A DNA stretch of 64,000 nt, taken from the NCBI GenBank assembly GCA_963783375.1, contig CAWANH010000029.1, positions 672,001 to 736,000 on the forward strand, read 5' to 3'. Under the pieces are notes generated by a model. The model was given only the letters and a program-made list of their open reading frames with translations, had not been told where the DNA came from and did not search any database. Each line of letters starts with the position of its first letter. Position 1 is the stretch's first letter. Shown here one piece after another: positions 37,265 through 47,273 of this stretch. This stretch comes from Candidatus Eiseniibacteriota bacterium. Lineage in GTDB: Bacteria; Eisenbacteria; RBG-16-71-46; JABDJR01. The position numbers were made by a program, and so were the translations under genes.

Positions 37265-39340
37265 ATGACCGAGTCCCCAGGCCGGACCGCCGGCAAAGCC
37301 CGCATTCTCATTCCCCTGGCCGCGGTTCTGTGGGGAGCGGCCAATCTCGGATCCATGCTGGCTTCCACCGGGGGCCGGCTCTCCATGCCGCTCGACGACA
37401 GCTTCATCTTCTTCCAGTACGCGAGACGGTTGGCCGGCGGGGCCTTCCTGAGCTACCAGCCTGGATACGGGCCCACCACCGGCGCGACCAGCCTCCTCAC
37501 CGTCTTCGTGGATACCCTGGGGTATCTGGCCGGCTTCCACGGCCCGGCGATGATCGTGTTCGCTCTCCTGCTCGGCGCGGCGGCCTTCGCCTGGGCGGCC
37601 TTCTCCGCCCACCGCCTGGGGCGGAGGCTCTGCCCCCGGGCGGCCTGGCTCCCTCCCGCGCTGCTCCTCACCTCGGGCCCCCTGATCTGGGGGTTCTCGA
37701 GCGGCATGGATCTCCCGTTGTTCGTCGCCCTGGCCCTGGCCATGGTCGCGAACTGGCCGGAGGACGGCGAGCCCCCCCCGCGGCGGCTCTTCGTGTTCGG
37801 GGCGCTCCTGGGCCTCGCCCGTCCCGACGCCCTCTTCCTGGTGCTCCCCGCCCTGGTGTTCGGGCTCTGGCGGGGGGGAAGGCGGATCTGGTGGGTCCTC
37901 CCCGCGGCCGGGGTGGTCCTCCCCTACCTCCTCCAATGGGCCCTCACCGGGACCCCGCAACCGGCCTCGATGACCGTGAAGACCAGCCTCTCCGACCCCG
38001 GCTTCGACCTCTCCACCTGGCTCGCCGCAGGGTTTTCCTTCCTGGTCGGGGTGGTCAAGGGGGTGTTCGGGGGAGGGGTGGTCGAGAAAGCCTCCGACCT
38101 GGCCGCGAACGGGGGGGCGGGAACCGGGCTCTATCTCGTCCCCTTCGCCCTGGCTCTCGTCCTGTTCGGTCTGGCCCCCGGGGCCTGGGCCGAAGGGCGC
38201 GCGCGCCGTCCCGGACCCCACGCGCTTCTCCTCCTTTGGCTGGCGCTCCTCTCGGGAGCGGTGGCCTTCACCGTGCCGGTGGCCTGGCACTGGCACCGTT
38301 ATCTCATGCCGCTCTACGCCCTCGCGTTCCCCGGAATCGCGGTGGGGGCCGATCGCCTGGGCCGGGGGGTCGAGGCCGCGTGGAACGAACTCCGCCCCGG
38401 AGATGGTCCGCGCGTGGTGGGAGCGGTGCTGATCCTCCTCGCTCTTCCGGGGGCCTTCTATTTCGTCGCCGCGTTCGGACGGAACTCGGCCGACATCTAC
38501 TTCCAGCACATCGAACTCGCCCAAAGGCTCTCCGCGGGGGACCCGGTCCGTCCGCGGCTTCTGGGGATCAACGACGCCGGGGCCCTCACCTACCTCGGAG
38601 ACTACCCCACCCTGGATCTCTGGGGACTCACCTCGAAGGCGTTCCGGGATCCCGCCCGGCTGGGCGCGGCCGGGATCTGGGAGGAGATCGAGCGGCTGGC
38701 CCCGGAGCGGCGCCCGGACATCCTCGCCATCTACCCCGGCTGGTTCGATCCCTCCTTTCTCCAGCCCCACCAGCTGATCGGCGTCCAGCGCCTGTTCCGG
38801 AGCTCCATCGCCGGCGGAAATCCCATGAACGTGTACCGGGCCGACTGGGGCCTGTGCGGATCGGGCGACCTCCCCCGGGATCCGGCGGTTCTGGCCCGGA
38901 TCGGGAATTCCCGGCTCGTGACCACGGTGGATGTGGCCGATCTAAAGAGCGAGAAGGCGGCGGGATACCGGTACCGGACCCTGGACGGAGCCTACGAGAA
39001 CATCCTCCGCCTCCTCCCCGAAGCGGACGGGAACTCGGTCCTGGACGGGGGCCGGGTGGTGAGCGGCGGCGAGAGCTTCACCGTCCGGGGCCTCGTTCCC
39101 GGGCGCCCCGTACTCCTGGTCGCCCGGACCCAGGCCCCGTTTCGCCTTCGGGTGGAAACAAATGCGGAGTTCGAAGGTATGTGGGTGCAGGAAGAGGGCT
39201 CACCAGGATCCTGGCACGAGGCCTCGTTCCTCGTTCCCGGGGACGGGATCGGAACCGGGGAGATCCGGGTCCGACTCGCCTCCGCCGATCCGCACCATTC
39301 GGCTTACGGCTCGTTCCACTACTGGGTTTACCAACCCTGA
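37265..39340 (+). CDS. Putative GT-C membrane glycosyltransferase with an extracytoplasmic C-terminal domain
   Basis: PLDDSFIFFQYAR, TTGATS, SGMD, ARPD, RYLMP and NDAGAL motifs. Multiple TM helices. Confidence 0.7.
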   Translation: MTESPGRTAGKARILIPLAAVLWGAANLGSMLASTGGRLSMPLDDSFIFFQYARRLAGGAFLSYQPGYGPTTGATSLLTVFVDTLGYLAGFHGPAMIVFALLLGAAAFAWAAFSAHRLGRRLCPRAAWLPPALLLTSGPLIWGFSSGMDLPLFVALALAMVANWPEDGEPPPRRLFVFGALLGLARPDALFLVLPALVFGLWRGGRRIWWVLPAAGVVLPYLLQWALTGTPQPASMTVKTSLSDPGFDLSTWLAAGFSFLVGVVKGVFGGGVVEKASDLAANGGAGTGLYLVPFALALVLFGLAPGAWAEGRARRPGPHALLLLWLALLSGAVAFTVPVAWHWHRYLMPLYALAFPGIAVGADRLGRGVEAAWNELRPGDGPRVVGAVLILLALPGAFYFVAAFGRNSADIYFQHIELAQRLSAGDPVRPRLLGINDAGALTYLGDYPTLDLWGLTSKAFRDPARLGAAGIWEEIERLAPERRPDILAIYPGWFDPSFLQPHQLIGVQRLFRSSIAGGNPMNVYRADWGLCGSGDLPRDPAVLARIGNSRLVTTVDVADLKSEKAAGYRYRTLDGAYENILRLLPEADGNSVLDGGRVVSGGESFTVRGLVPGRPVLLVARTQAPFRLRVETNAEFEGMWVQEEGSPGSWHEASFLVPGDGIGTGEIRVRLASADPHHSAYGSFHYWVYQP

Positions 39341-39382
39341 CCGGATGGTTCATGCTGATGGGGCGGATGAAACAAGCGCTTG

Positions 39383-39391
39383 TGATATGAT
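39383..39391 (+). promoter_or_regulatory. Extended -10 promoter upstream of the S41 protease gene
   Basis: TG-A-TATGAT in an AT-rich intergenic patch. Confidence 0.45.
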
Positions 39392-39511
39392 GACTTGCCA
39401 CGAAGCAGGCTCGTACCCCGACCCGCAGAGTGCCAGCCGCCGCGCACCCCTCCGCGCGGGCCCGGCGCCCAGGTGCTGGGCTTGGCGGGTGCATCCAGCC
39501 GGAGGAAATGC

Positions 39512-41131
39512 ATGACCAAGATCAAGGTTCCCGCCTTGTTCATCACGGGAGCCGTTCTCATCGGATTCATCCTGGGCTCGATCCTCTCGGGCCAGGTCCG
39601 AGCCGAATCGGACGGCCTCCTCGAACAGCTCCACGTCTTCAATGCGGTGGCTACCTACGTCGATCGGAACTACGTCGAGGAGGTGGACAACAAGGAACTG
39701 GTTCGGGGAGCCATCCGCGGCATGCTCGAAGAGCTGGATCCCCACTCCACCTACGTCGACCCCGAGGCCTTCGCCCGCATGAGCGAGCGCAACACCGGGG
39801 AGTACGAGGGCATCGGCATCTCCTTCGAGATCCGCCACGGCTGGATCACGGTGATCTCGGCCATCGAGGGCGGGCCGTCCGCCCACCTGGGCATCCGCCC
39901 CGGCGACCAGATCATCGAGATCGAGGGGCAGTCGGCCAAGGGGCTGGCCAACGAGGACGTGATCGGGAAGCTCAAGGGTCCCAAAGGCTCCCAGGTGAAC
40001 ATCACCGTGGCCCGGCCCGGCCTGGACAAGCACCTCCACTTCACCGTCACCCGGGAAACCATTCCGATCTACTCCGTGCCCTACAGCTTCATGCTGGACG
40101 ACGGCCAGACCGGCTACATTCGCATGATCCGCTTCAGCGCCACCACGTCCGAGGAACTCGAGCACGCCATGAAGAGCCTCGAGGAGCAGGGGATGACCCG
40201 CCTGGTGCTGGACATCCGGTCCAACAGCGGGGGGCTCCTGAACCAGGCCATCGAGGTGGCGGACAAGTTCATCGACGGAAACCAGGTGATCGTCTACACC
40301 AAGGGACGGATCGAGGGTTCGAGCCAGTACTACTACTCGACCGACGCCGCCACTCACCCGCGCTATCCGCTCATCGTCCTGGTGAATCACGGAAGCGCGT
40401 CCGCTTCGGAGATCGTGTCCGGAGCCATTCAGGACCACGATCGCGGGCTGGTGACCGGGGTGACCACCTTCGGCAAGGGGTTGGTGCAGCGGCAGTACAT
40501 GCTTCCCGACGGGTCCGCCCTGCTCCTCACCGTGGCCCGCTATTACACCCCGAGCGGCCGCCTCATCCAGCGCTCCTACGCCAACCGCGAGGAGTACCTG
40601 GAGCACTGGCGCCAACCGGACGAGGCCGACTCGGCGGCGGCGGACACCACCGGAAAACCCCGGTACTACACCATCGCGGAACACCGGACGGTCTACGGGG
40701 GCGGCGGCATCACTCCCGACGTGCGCATCACCGCCTCGTTCGACCTCACCGACTCCGAGATCAAGATCGAGTCGAGCCGGAACCTGTTCGAGTTCGCCAA
40801 CGCCTTCGCCAACCAGCACTTCGACAAGAAGAGCGCCAACGCCGCGGACTTCCTGGCCGACTACCAGGTCCCCGACGACGCCCTCCAGGCCTACATCAAG
40901 CAGGCCGCGGCCGACACCTCGGTGGGGCTCACCGTGGACGAGCTGACCAAGGAGAAGGAGTACATCCGCACCGCGATCAAGCGGGAGGTGGCGGGAAACC
41001 TCTGGGGACTGAACGCTCGCTACCAGGTCATCATCAAGGAGGATCCGGAAGTGGCCGAGGCCATGACGCACTTCCCCGAAGCCGCGATGATGGCCAAGAC
41101 CTACGAAGAGGCGTCCACCCAGAACCGTTGA
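39512..41131 (+). CDS. ctpA: Carboxyl-terminal processing protease (S41A)
   Basis: GGAGG RBS, LDPHS, PDZ domain (GIGI...GIRPGD), SASASEIVSGAIQDHDRG, TFGKGLVQ and YYTPSGRLIQ. Confidence 0.93.
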   Translation: MTKIKVPALFITGAVLIGFILGSILSGQVRAESDGLLEQLHVFNAVATYVDRNYVEEVDNKELVRGAIRGMLEELDPHSTYVDPEAFARMSERNTGEYEGIGISFEIRHGWITVISAIEGGPSAHLGIRPGDQIIEIEGQSAKGLANEDVIGKLKGPKGSQVNITVARPGLDKHLHFTVTRETIPIYSVPYSFMLDDGQTGYIRMIRFSATTSEELEHAMKSLEEQGMTRLVLDIRSNSGGLLNQAIEVADKFIDGNQVIVYTKGRIEGSSQYYYSTDAATHPRYPLIVLVNHGSASASEIVSGAIQDHDRGLVTGVTTFGKGLVQRQYMLPDGSALLLTVARYYTPSGRLIQRSYANREEYLEHWRQPDEADSAAADTTGKPRYYTIAEHRTVYGGGGITPDVRITASFDLTDSEIKIESSRNLFEFANAFANQHFDKKSANAADFLADYQVPDDALQAYIKQAAADTSVGLTVDELTKEKEYIRTAIKREVAGNLWGLNARYQVIIKEDPEVAEAMTHFPEAAMMAKTYEEASTQNR

Positions 41132-41147
41132 CACCGGACCCCTGAAG

Positions 41148-41181
41148 AGAAGCCCGGTCCCTCACCGAGGGCCGGGCTTCT
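41148..41181. terminator. Hairpin terminator between convergent genes
   Basis: AGAAGCCCGG...CCGGGCTTCT inverted repeat. Confidence 0.75.
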
Positions 41182-41208
41182 GTCTGTCGTTCGCTCGCCG
41201 GAAGGCGG

Positions 41209-42879
41209 CTACATCTTTTCCCGCAGCCCCAACCGGCGGATACGGGTGTGGAGGTGCTGGCGGCTCACCCCGAGGAGCCGCGCGGCCTGGGAGATGTTCC
41301 CTCCGGACTCGCGCAGCGCGTCGAGGATCGCCGCCTCCTCGGCCGACTGCAGGGTGGCCTTGAGGGTGCCCTCACGCACCGTCCGCACCGGGGCGCGGCT
41401 GCGGAGGCCGGGCAGGAGGTCGTCGGGCTCGATGATCTCGGAGCGGGACAGGGCGCCCGCCCGCTCCACCGCGTTCATCAGCTCGCGCACGTTGCCCGGC
41501 CAGTTGTAGCTCATGAGGAGGCGCCGGGCCTCGCCGCCGAAGCGAAGCCCGGGCCGGCCGATGCGCTCCCGGGTCCGCCCCAGAAAATGCTCGGCGAGCA
41601 GGATGACGTCTTCCCCGCGTTCCCGGAGCGGCGGGAGATTGACCGTGACCACGTTCACCCGGTAATAGAGGTCCTCGCGGAATCGGCCCGCCTTCACCTC
41701 CTCCACCAGGTCGCGGTGGGTCGCGGCGACGATGCGCACGTCCACCTTGCGGGGGATGTTCTCACCGATCCGTCGCACCTCCCCCTCCTGCAGGACCCGA
41801 AGGAGCTTCACCTGGAGGGGCGGGGTGATCTCGCCGATCTCGTCCAGGAAGAGCGTCCCCCCGCTGGCCGTTTCCACCAGGCCGGCATGGTCGCGCTCCG
41901 CTCCGGTGAAAGCTCCCCGGCGATACCCGAAGAGCTCGCTCTCCAGGAGGTTTTCGGGAAGGGCCCCGCAGTTGACCGGAATGAAGTTCGCCTCGCGCCG
42001 GGGGCCGTTGAAGTGCAGGGCCTGGGCCACGAGTTCCTTTCCCGTTCCGGTCTCCCCCTGCATGAGCACGGTGACCGCGTTGCCCACCACCCGGTCCAGG
42101 ACCATGAACACCTTCTCCATGGCCTGGCTCTGTCCCATGATCCGGTCCCAGTTGGAGCGCTGGCCCAGCGCCTGCTTCAGGGTCCGGTTCTCCGCCTCCA
42201 GGGACTCCGCGGTCTCCTCCAGCCGCTCCCGGTGGGCCGCGGTCTCCAGGGCGACTCCCGCCTGGGCGCCGAAGGCCTCGAGGATCTCCACCCCCTCCCG
42301 GTCGATCAGGCCGGCCACGTCCCGGCTGTCCACGTACAACGCTCCCGCCGCTCCCGACGGCCCCGGGATGGGGACGCACACCACGGTGCGCAACGACAGC
42401 TCGCGCACCGAGCGGCGGGCCATGAAGTCGGGGTTGTTGAGGGCGTCGGAAACGTAGAGCGTGCTCCCCTGATCGAGCACCCGGTCGAGAATGCTGTGGC
42501 TGATTTCGGCCAGGACCGAAGGGTCGCCCGGGGAGCCGTCGCGGGTACGCGAAGCGACGGTCCGGAGTCTTCCACCGTCGTCCCGCTGGAGAAGGTAGGC
42601 GCGTTCCGCGCCGGTGATCTCGAGGGCGTAGACCAGGATACGATCCAGCAGCTCCTCGACCCGTCCGGCGCGGTTCAGCGAACGGGCGATATCGAGAAGC
42701 AGTAGAAGCTGGCGCCGTCCCTCTTCCAGGGCATGGACGCGATCCTGCGAACGGTCCGACGCCTGGACCAGCTCCCGACGCTCATCGGCCTCCACGGAGT
42801 GCGCGGCCTGAGCGAGAAGATCTTCGGGATCCTGCTCGCCGTTTTCGTCCGGGGTCCGGTCGGGATCGGGTGGGCTCAT
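41209..42879 (-). CDS. GAF-domain sigma-54-dependent activator (bEBP, Fis-type HTH)
   Basis: GAF domain, GETGTGKE, ESELFG..GAFTGA, LFLDEIG, RFREDLYYR, WPGNVREL and HTH. CAGGAG RBS before ATG 42879. Confidence 0.93.
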   Translation of the reverse strand: MSPPDPDRTPDENGEQDPEDLLAQAAHSVEADERRELVQASDRSQDRVHALEEGRRQLLLLLDIARSLNRAGRVEELLDRILVYALEITGAERAYLLQRDDGGRLRTVASRTRDGSPGDPSVLAEISHSILDRVLDQGSTLYVSDALNNPDFMARRSVRELSLRTVVCVPIPGPSGAAGALYVDSRDVAGLIDREGVEILEAFGAQAGVALETAAHRERLEETAESLEAENRTLKQALGQRSNWDRIMGQSQAMEKVFMVLDRVVGNAVTVLMQGETGTGKELVAQALHFNGPRREANFIPVNCGALPENLLESELFGYRRGAFTGAERDHAGLVETASGGTLFLDEIGEITPPLQVKLLRVLQEGEVRRIGENIPRKVDVRIVAATHRDLVEEVKAGRFREDLYYRVNVVTVNLPPLRERGEDVILLAEHFLGRTRERIGRPGLRFGGEARRLLMSYNWPGNVRELMNAVERAGALSRSEIIEPDDLLPGLRSRAPVRTVREGTLKATLQSAEEAAILDALRESGGNISQAARLLGVSRQHLHTRIRRLGLREKM

Positions 42880-43101
42880 TGCGTCTCCTGAACCGGGTTC
42901 GACTAATGCCGAATGCACGATTTTGTAGATGCGGGCGGATCGACTCGCATTCTACATCAACCGGAGGGAGTTGTAAACAAACGTTGACGAATGGGCTAAA
43001 TGACCCAGTTCTGGTCGGATGAGAAGGCGGCGTTCTGGGAGTGGGGAGTGGGAGCTGACGGAGGATCCCGGACGAGCTGAAATGAATCCAGGGAGTCGGG
43101 A

Positions 43102-44460
43102 TCAGGCCGCTTCGCGATACTCCTCCTCATCGGTGTCCAGGCGGTGACGGCCCATACGATACCTGAGGGCGCCCCGGCCGAGACCCAGAAGCCTCGCGGC
43201 TTCGCTCACGTTGCCATCGGCCACGCGCAACGCTTCCTCGATGGCCGTGCGCTCGATCTCCTCCCAGGCGATCGGTCCCCCGGAGAAGTCGACGCGAAAT
43301 CCTCCGGCCTTCCCCGCCGGAGCGGGGAGGCCGAGATCTTCGATCATCGTCGCGCCCTGCGGCGCGAGAAGCGCCAGGCGCTCCATGTGATTCCGGATCT
43401 CCCGCACGTTCCCGGGCCAGGGATAGGCCTCGAGTTCGGTACGGAGCTTCGGATCGAGATTCAACGGGCTCCGGCCGAGCCGGCGCAACGCCTCCTCCAG
43501 GAACGTCTCGGCCAGGAACCAGGCGTCCCCGGCCCGTTCCCTGACCGGAGGAAGCTCGAGCCGGAGGACGTCGAGACGGTAGAAGAGGTCGGCCCGGAAC
43601 CGCCCGTCGCGCACCTCGGCGGTGAGATCGCGATTGGTGGCGGCGACCAGATGCACGTCGAGGGGAATCTCCTGACGGCCGCCGAGGCGGCGAAGACTCC
43701 GGGAATCGAGGACGCGCAGGAGCTTGGCCTGGAGGCCCAGGTCGAGTTCCCCGATCTCGTCCAGGAACGCGGTCCCTCCCTGGGCCAACTCCAGGAGCCC
43801 CACCTTTCCGTGGCGTGCGTCGGTGAAGGCTCCCGGCTCATGACCGAACAGCTCGCTCTCCAGGAGATTCATCGGAATGGACGCGCAGTCGACTTCCACG
43901 AAGGGACCGTGGGAGCGCGGCCCGAGGGCGTGCAGACGGCGCGAAGCCACCTCCTTGCCGGTGCCGCTCTCCCCGGTGATCAGCACCGTGGAGGGTCCGC
44001 CGGCGGCGATGCGGTCGAGAAGCTCGCGTACCTGCTGCATGGCCGGGGAGTTCCCCAGCATGGGAGGCGCCCCGGCCAGGGCCCGCCCGCGCTCGCGGCT
44101 CTGCCACACGCGGTCGGCGAGATGGCCGGCCTCCTCTTCAAGGGTGCTTCGGGCCAGGAGCCCGCGCGGCCGGTGGGAGGCGGCCAGGCGGTCCACCTCG
44201 CTCTCCCCTTCGGGGGCGATCCACACCGTCTGGCATCTCGGACACAGCCGGCGGAGAGTCTGCACCAGGCGATCCATTCCGGGATCCGGCCCGGCGGACA
44301 AGAGAGCCAGGGAAGGATCCGCCGAGGACTCACCCAGGACATCGCCCGCGCCATCGGCCCGGGCGAAGGCCAGGACGTGATGGCCGCTCCTGCCGAGAGC
44401 GGCCCGGACCCGTTCCCGGAGTCCCTGCTCCGGCTCGACCAGCATGATGGTCAGGGGCAT
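43102..44460 (-). CDS. sigma-54-dependent activator with a degenerate receiver domain
   Basis: GESGTGKE, GAFTDA, FLDEIG, WPGNVREI and HTH. The N-terminal REC-like domain lacks the phospho-Asp. Confidence 0.9.
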   Translation of the reverse strand: MPLTIMLVEPEQGLRERVRAALGRSGHHVLAFARADGAGDVLGESSADPSLALLSAGPDPGMDRLVQTLRRLCPRCQTVWIAPEGESEVDRLAASHRPRGLLARSTLEEEAGHLADRVWQSRERGRALAGAPPMLGNSPAMQQVRELLDRIAAGGPSTVLITGESGTGKEVASRRLHALGPRSHGPFVEVDCASIPMNLLESELFGHEPGAFTDARHGKVGLLELAQGGTAFLDEIGELDLGLQAKLLRVLDSRSLRRLGGRQEIPLDVHLVAATNRDLTAEVRDGRFRADLFYRLDVLRLELPPVRERAGDAWFLAETFLEEALRRLGRSPLNLDPKLRTELEAYPWPGNVREIRNHMERLALLAPQGATMIEDLGLPAPAGKAGGFRVDFSGGPIAWEEIERTAIEEALRVADGNVSEAARLLGLGRGALRYRMGRHRLDTDEEEYREAA

Positions 44461-45611
44461 CAGCGCTCCTCCGCCTTCTCGATCTCCGCCCGCACCCGCG
44501 CCGCCTGTCCCTTCAGGTAGTCGTTCTGGGGATCGGCCCCCAGCGCCTTTTCCGCGAAGTCGAGGGCCTGGTGGAGCTGCCCCCGAACGAGGGCGATCTC
44601 GGTGAGGGTATCCAGGACTTCCCACGAATCCGGAGCCTCGGATTGCGCCTCGGTGGCCAGCCGGGACGCCTCGTCCAGGTTCACCCGGTGTTGGACGTAG
44701 AACCAGGCCAACCCGTTCTTGGGGTCCGCATCCCGGGGAAATTCCTTGATGGCGGAGCGGTAGAGGTGAATCACCCGCGCGTACTCCCGGTCGGCGCGCT
44801 CGCGATTCCCCGCCGCCAGGGCCTCGTCGCCGAGACGGGTGTGAACCGCGGGCAGGAAGGTCTTGGCCTGAAGGCGGTAGAGGCGGAGGAGCTCGACGAC
44901 CGGGGCCTCGGCGTCGTCCACCCGGAGGTCGATGTAGCGATCGTTCCCGCCGCGATAGCCCCCCTTGTCCTTCACCACCAGGAGCGCGGCGGACTGCTTC
45001 CCGCGGCGATCCCCCCCGGCGTTGTTTCCCGCCTCGAGGGCGGCCAGGAGCCGTTCGGCCAGGCTCCCCTCGGACCCCTGGAAGGCATCGGCCATGGCCT
45101 GCACCACCTCCGGCCCGGCCAGGATGTTCCCCTGGATCGCGAAACCCGGTCCCTGAACCCCTCCCGCCCAGGTTTCACACCGGTCTCCGGTGAAGGTGGC
45201 CGAGTTACCGGCCGCATCCACCATGCCGATCTGGCGGATGTCCGGTTGCTCCGCCGGACTCAGGAGCCGATCCAGGGCCTGGGGCGCGCTGGCGCCGTGG
45301 GCCATGAGACCGAGTCCGTCGGGCCCCAGGCGGGTGTCCGCGATGGCCTGGGTCGCCACCGCGCCCACCCCGGCCCGGGCCCACGGCACCACCGAGCCCA
45401 CCGCGAGAAACCGGGAGGCCACCGCGACCCCCCACTCCTTCTCCACGGTGTCGCAGGCCACGATGGAGAACGTGGCCACCGGGGGGAGCGCATCCACCGC
45501 TCCGGGCACGACCCGGGGAGAGGCATGAGCGGGAATCGGTGCGAACGCACTCAGGAATACGATCGAGATCGCCACCCCGAACAGGACGGGGCGCAGGTCG
45601 TCGGTGCGCAT
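44460..45611 (-). CDS. DUF1028 (Ntn-hydrolase-like) exported protein with a C-terminal TPR
   Basis: Signal peptide, ATFSIVA, GVGAVATQA, QGNIL, GGDRRGKQSAAL and DLRVDD, then a TPR tail. Confidence 0.88.
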   Translation of the reverse strand: MRTDDLRPVLFGVAISIVFLSAFAPIPAHASPRVVPGAVDALPPVATFSIVACDTVEKEWGVAVASRFLAVGSVVPWARAGVGAVATQAIADTRLGPDGLGLMAHGASAPQALDRLLSPAEQPDIRQIGMVDAAGNSATFTGDRCETWAGGVQGPGFAIQGNILAGPEVVQAMADAFQGSEGSLAERLLAALEAGNNAGGDRRGKQSAALLVVKDKGGYRGGNDRYIDLRVDDAEAPVVELLRLYRLQAKTFLPAVHTRLGDEALAAGNRERADREYARVIHLYRSAIKEFPRDADPKNGLAWFYVQHRVNLDEASRLATEAQSEAPDSWEVLDTLTEIALVRGQLHQALDFAEKALGADPQNDYLKGQAARVRAEIEKAEER

Positions 45612-45671
45612 GCGGATGTTGATCCTCCTCACTGAGCGGAATCCGTCGATGTGCGGCCTCCGCCGACTCTT

Positions 45672-45700
45672 TTGACGGGCCGGGAACACCCCGATATACT
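45672..45700 (+). promoter_or_regulatory. sigma-70 promoter for the CMD-family gene
   Basis: TTGACG-N17-TATACT. Confidence 0.7.
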
Positions 45701-45728
45701 CCCCCGTCTCCACCTCGGGGAGCAAGCG

Positions 45729-46433
45729 ATGGCGGATTCCACCACTCCAGGTTATCGGCAGCTCGAGCGGGAACTGGACTCCCGGCTCGCCTCCCTCGAG
45801 GCCGCGAAAGGCCTCCCCCCGGAACTCCCGGGTCTGACCCTGGCCGCGGCCGCCGCCGCCCGCGGCCGCCGCGACGCCCTCCGGGCCGCCCTCCGGGTGG
45901 TCCGCCGCCGCTCCCTCGATCCGGAGAAACTCCGGGAAGTCCTGCTCCAGACCTACCTCTTCGCCGGCTACCCCCGGGCCATCAACGCCCTGGCCGAGCT
46001 GGCCGCCCTCGGTCCCGAGCCCGCCGTCCTCCCCACCTTGGACCTGGACCACGACCGGGGGCAGGACGCCGTGTGGCGGGCGCGAGGCGAGGCGCTTTGC
46101 CGGCGGGTGTACGGCGGCGCCTACGACCGGTTGCTCGCGACCATGACCCGCATTTCCCCGGAGCTCGGCCGGTGGATGGTGGTGGAGGGCTACGGGAAGG
46201 TGCTCTCGCGGCCGGTTCTCGATGCCCGGACCCGGGAGCTGGCCGCGGTGGCCGCCCTCATGACCCTGGACGTCCCCGACCAGCTGCGCGCGCACTTCCG
46301 CGGTTCCTTCCTCTGCGGCGCCAACCGGGCGGACATCGAGGGGGTGCTGGCGGTCGCGGCGCTCATTGCCCCGGAGATGCTGGAGCCGTCCCGGGCTCTC
46401 CTCGTCCCGGTCGCCGCCCGCCACGGGGGTTGA
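45729..46433 (+). CDS. Carboxymuconolactone decarboxylase/AhpD-like family protein
   Basis: EVLLQTYLFAGYPRAINAL, YGKVLSRPVLDARTREL and QLRAH. Confidence 0.85.
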   Translation: MADSTTPGYRQLERELDSRLASLEAAKGLPPELPGLTLAAAAAARGRRDALRAALRVVRRRSLDPEKLREVLLQTYLFAGYPRAINALAELAALGPEPAVLPTLDLDHDRGQDAVWRARGEALCRRVYGGAYDRLLATMTRISPELGRWMVVEGYGKVLSRPVLDARTRELAAVAALMTLDVPDQLRAHFRGSFLCGANRADIEGVLAVAALIAPEMLEPSRALLVPVAARHGG

Positions 46434-46460
46434 GCCGGCGGGGGTTCCGGTTCCCCGGTC

Positions 46461-47273
46461 TCACCGGGGAAGGGGGGGCAGAATGCCCGAGGCCTCGATC
46501 TCCCGAAGGACCGCCACCACCTGGTCATGGACGGCTCCGTTGGTGGCGACCAGGTGGAGCCGCCTCAGATCGAAGCGTCGGCCGAAGTATCCGCTCACCC
46601 GTCCCCCCGCTTCCTCCACCATCAACGTCCCCGCCGCCACGTCCCAGGGGTGGAGCTTCTCCTCCCAGTAGCCGTCGAATCGCCCCGCGGCCACGTAGGC
46701 CAGGTTCAAGGCGGCGGAGCCGTCCCGGCGGAGCGCCTGGGTGAGCTTCATGAACCGGCCGAACTGGACCAGGTTGTCCCGGCTGCTCTGACGCACGTCG
46801 TAAGGAAACCCGGTCACCAGGAAGGCCTGGTCCAGCCGGGCTTCGCCGGTCACCCGGAGCCGCTCCCCGTTCCGGAAGGCCCCCTCCCCGCGCCGGGCGG
46901 TGAAGGTCTCCCCCCGGGTGGGATCGTGCACCACCCCCAGGACGGTCTCCCCCTCCGCCTGGAGGGCGATGGAGACGCAGAAGACCGGATAACCGTGAGC
47001 GTAGTTGGTGGTGCCGTCGAGGGGATCCACGATCCAGCGGAAGGGCGAAGGCCGGTCGATGGCCGTCCCCTCCTCGGCCAGGATCGATGCCTCGGGGAGG
47101 AGGGCGGCCAGCCGCGCCACCACCAGCGCCTCGGACTCGCGGTCCGCCTCGGTCACCAGGTTCACCGCCCCCTTGTGCTCCACGTGGCGGAGCCGGCCGA
47201 GCTTGTCCAGGAGCAACTCCCCGGCCTCCAGGGCCGCGGCCCGCGCGCCTTCGAGAACCGTGTCGAGATCCAT
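46461..47273 (-). CDS. suhB: Inositol monophosphatase family protein
   Basis: LVTEADRESE, WIVDPLDGTTNYAHG, GSAALNL and WDVAAG. Confidence 0.93.
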   Translation of the reverse strand: MDLDTVLEGARAAALEAGELLLDKLGRLRHVEHKGAVNLVTEADRESEALVVARLAALLPEASILAEEGTAIDRPSPFRWIVDPLDGTTNYAHGYPVFCVSIALQAEGETVLGVVHDPTRGETFTARRGEGAFRNGERLRVTGEARLDQAFLVTGFPYDVRQSSRDNLVQFGRFMKLTQALRRDGSAALNLAYVAAGRFDGYWEEKLHPWDVAAGTLMVEEAGGRVSGYFGRRFDLRRLHLVATNGAVHDQVVAVLREIEASGILPPLPR

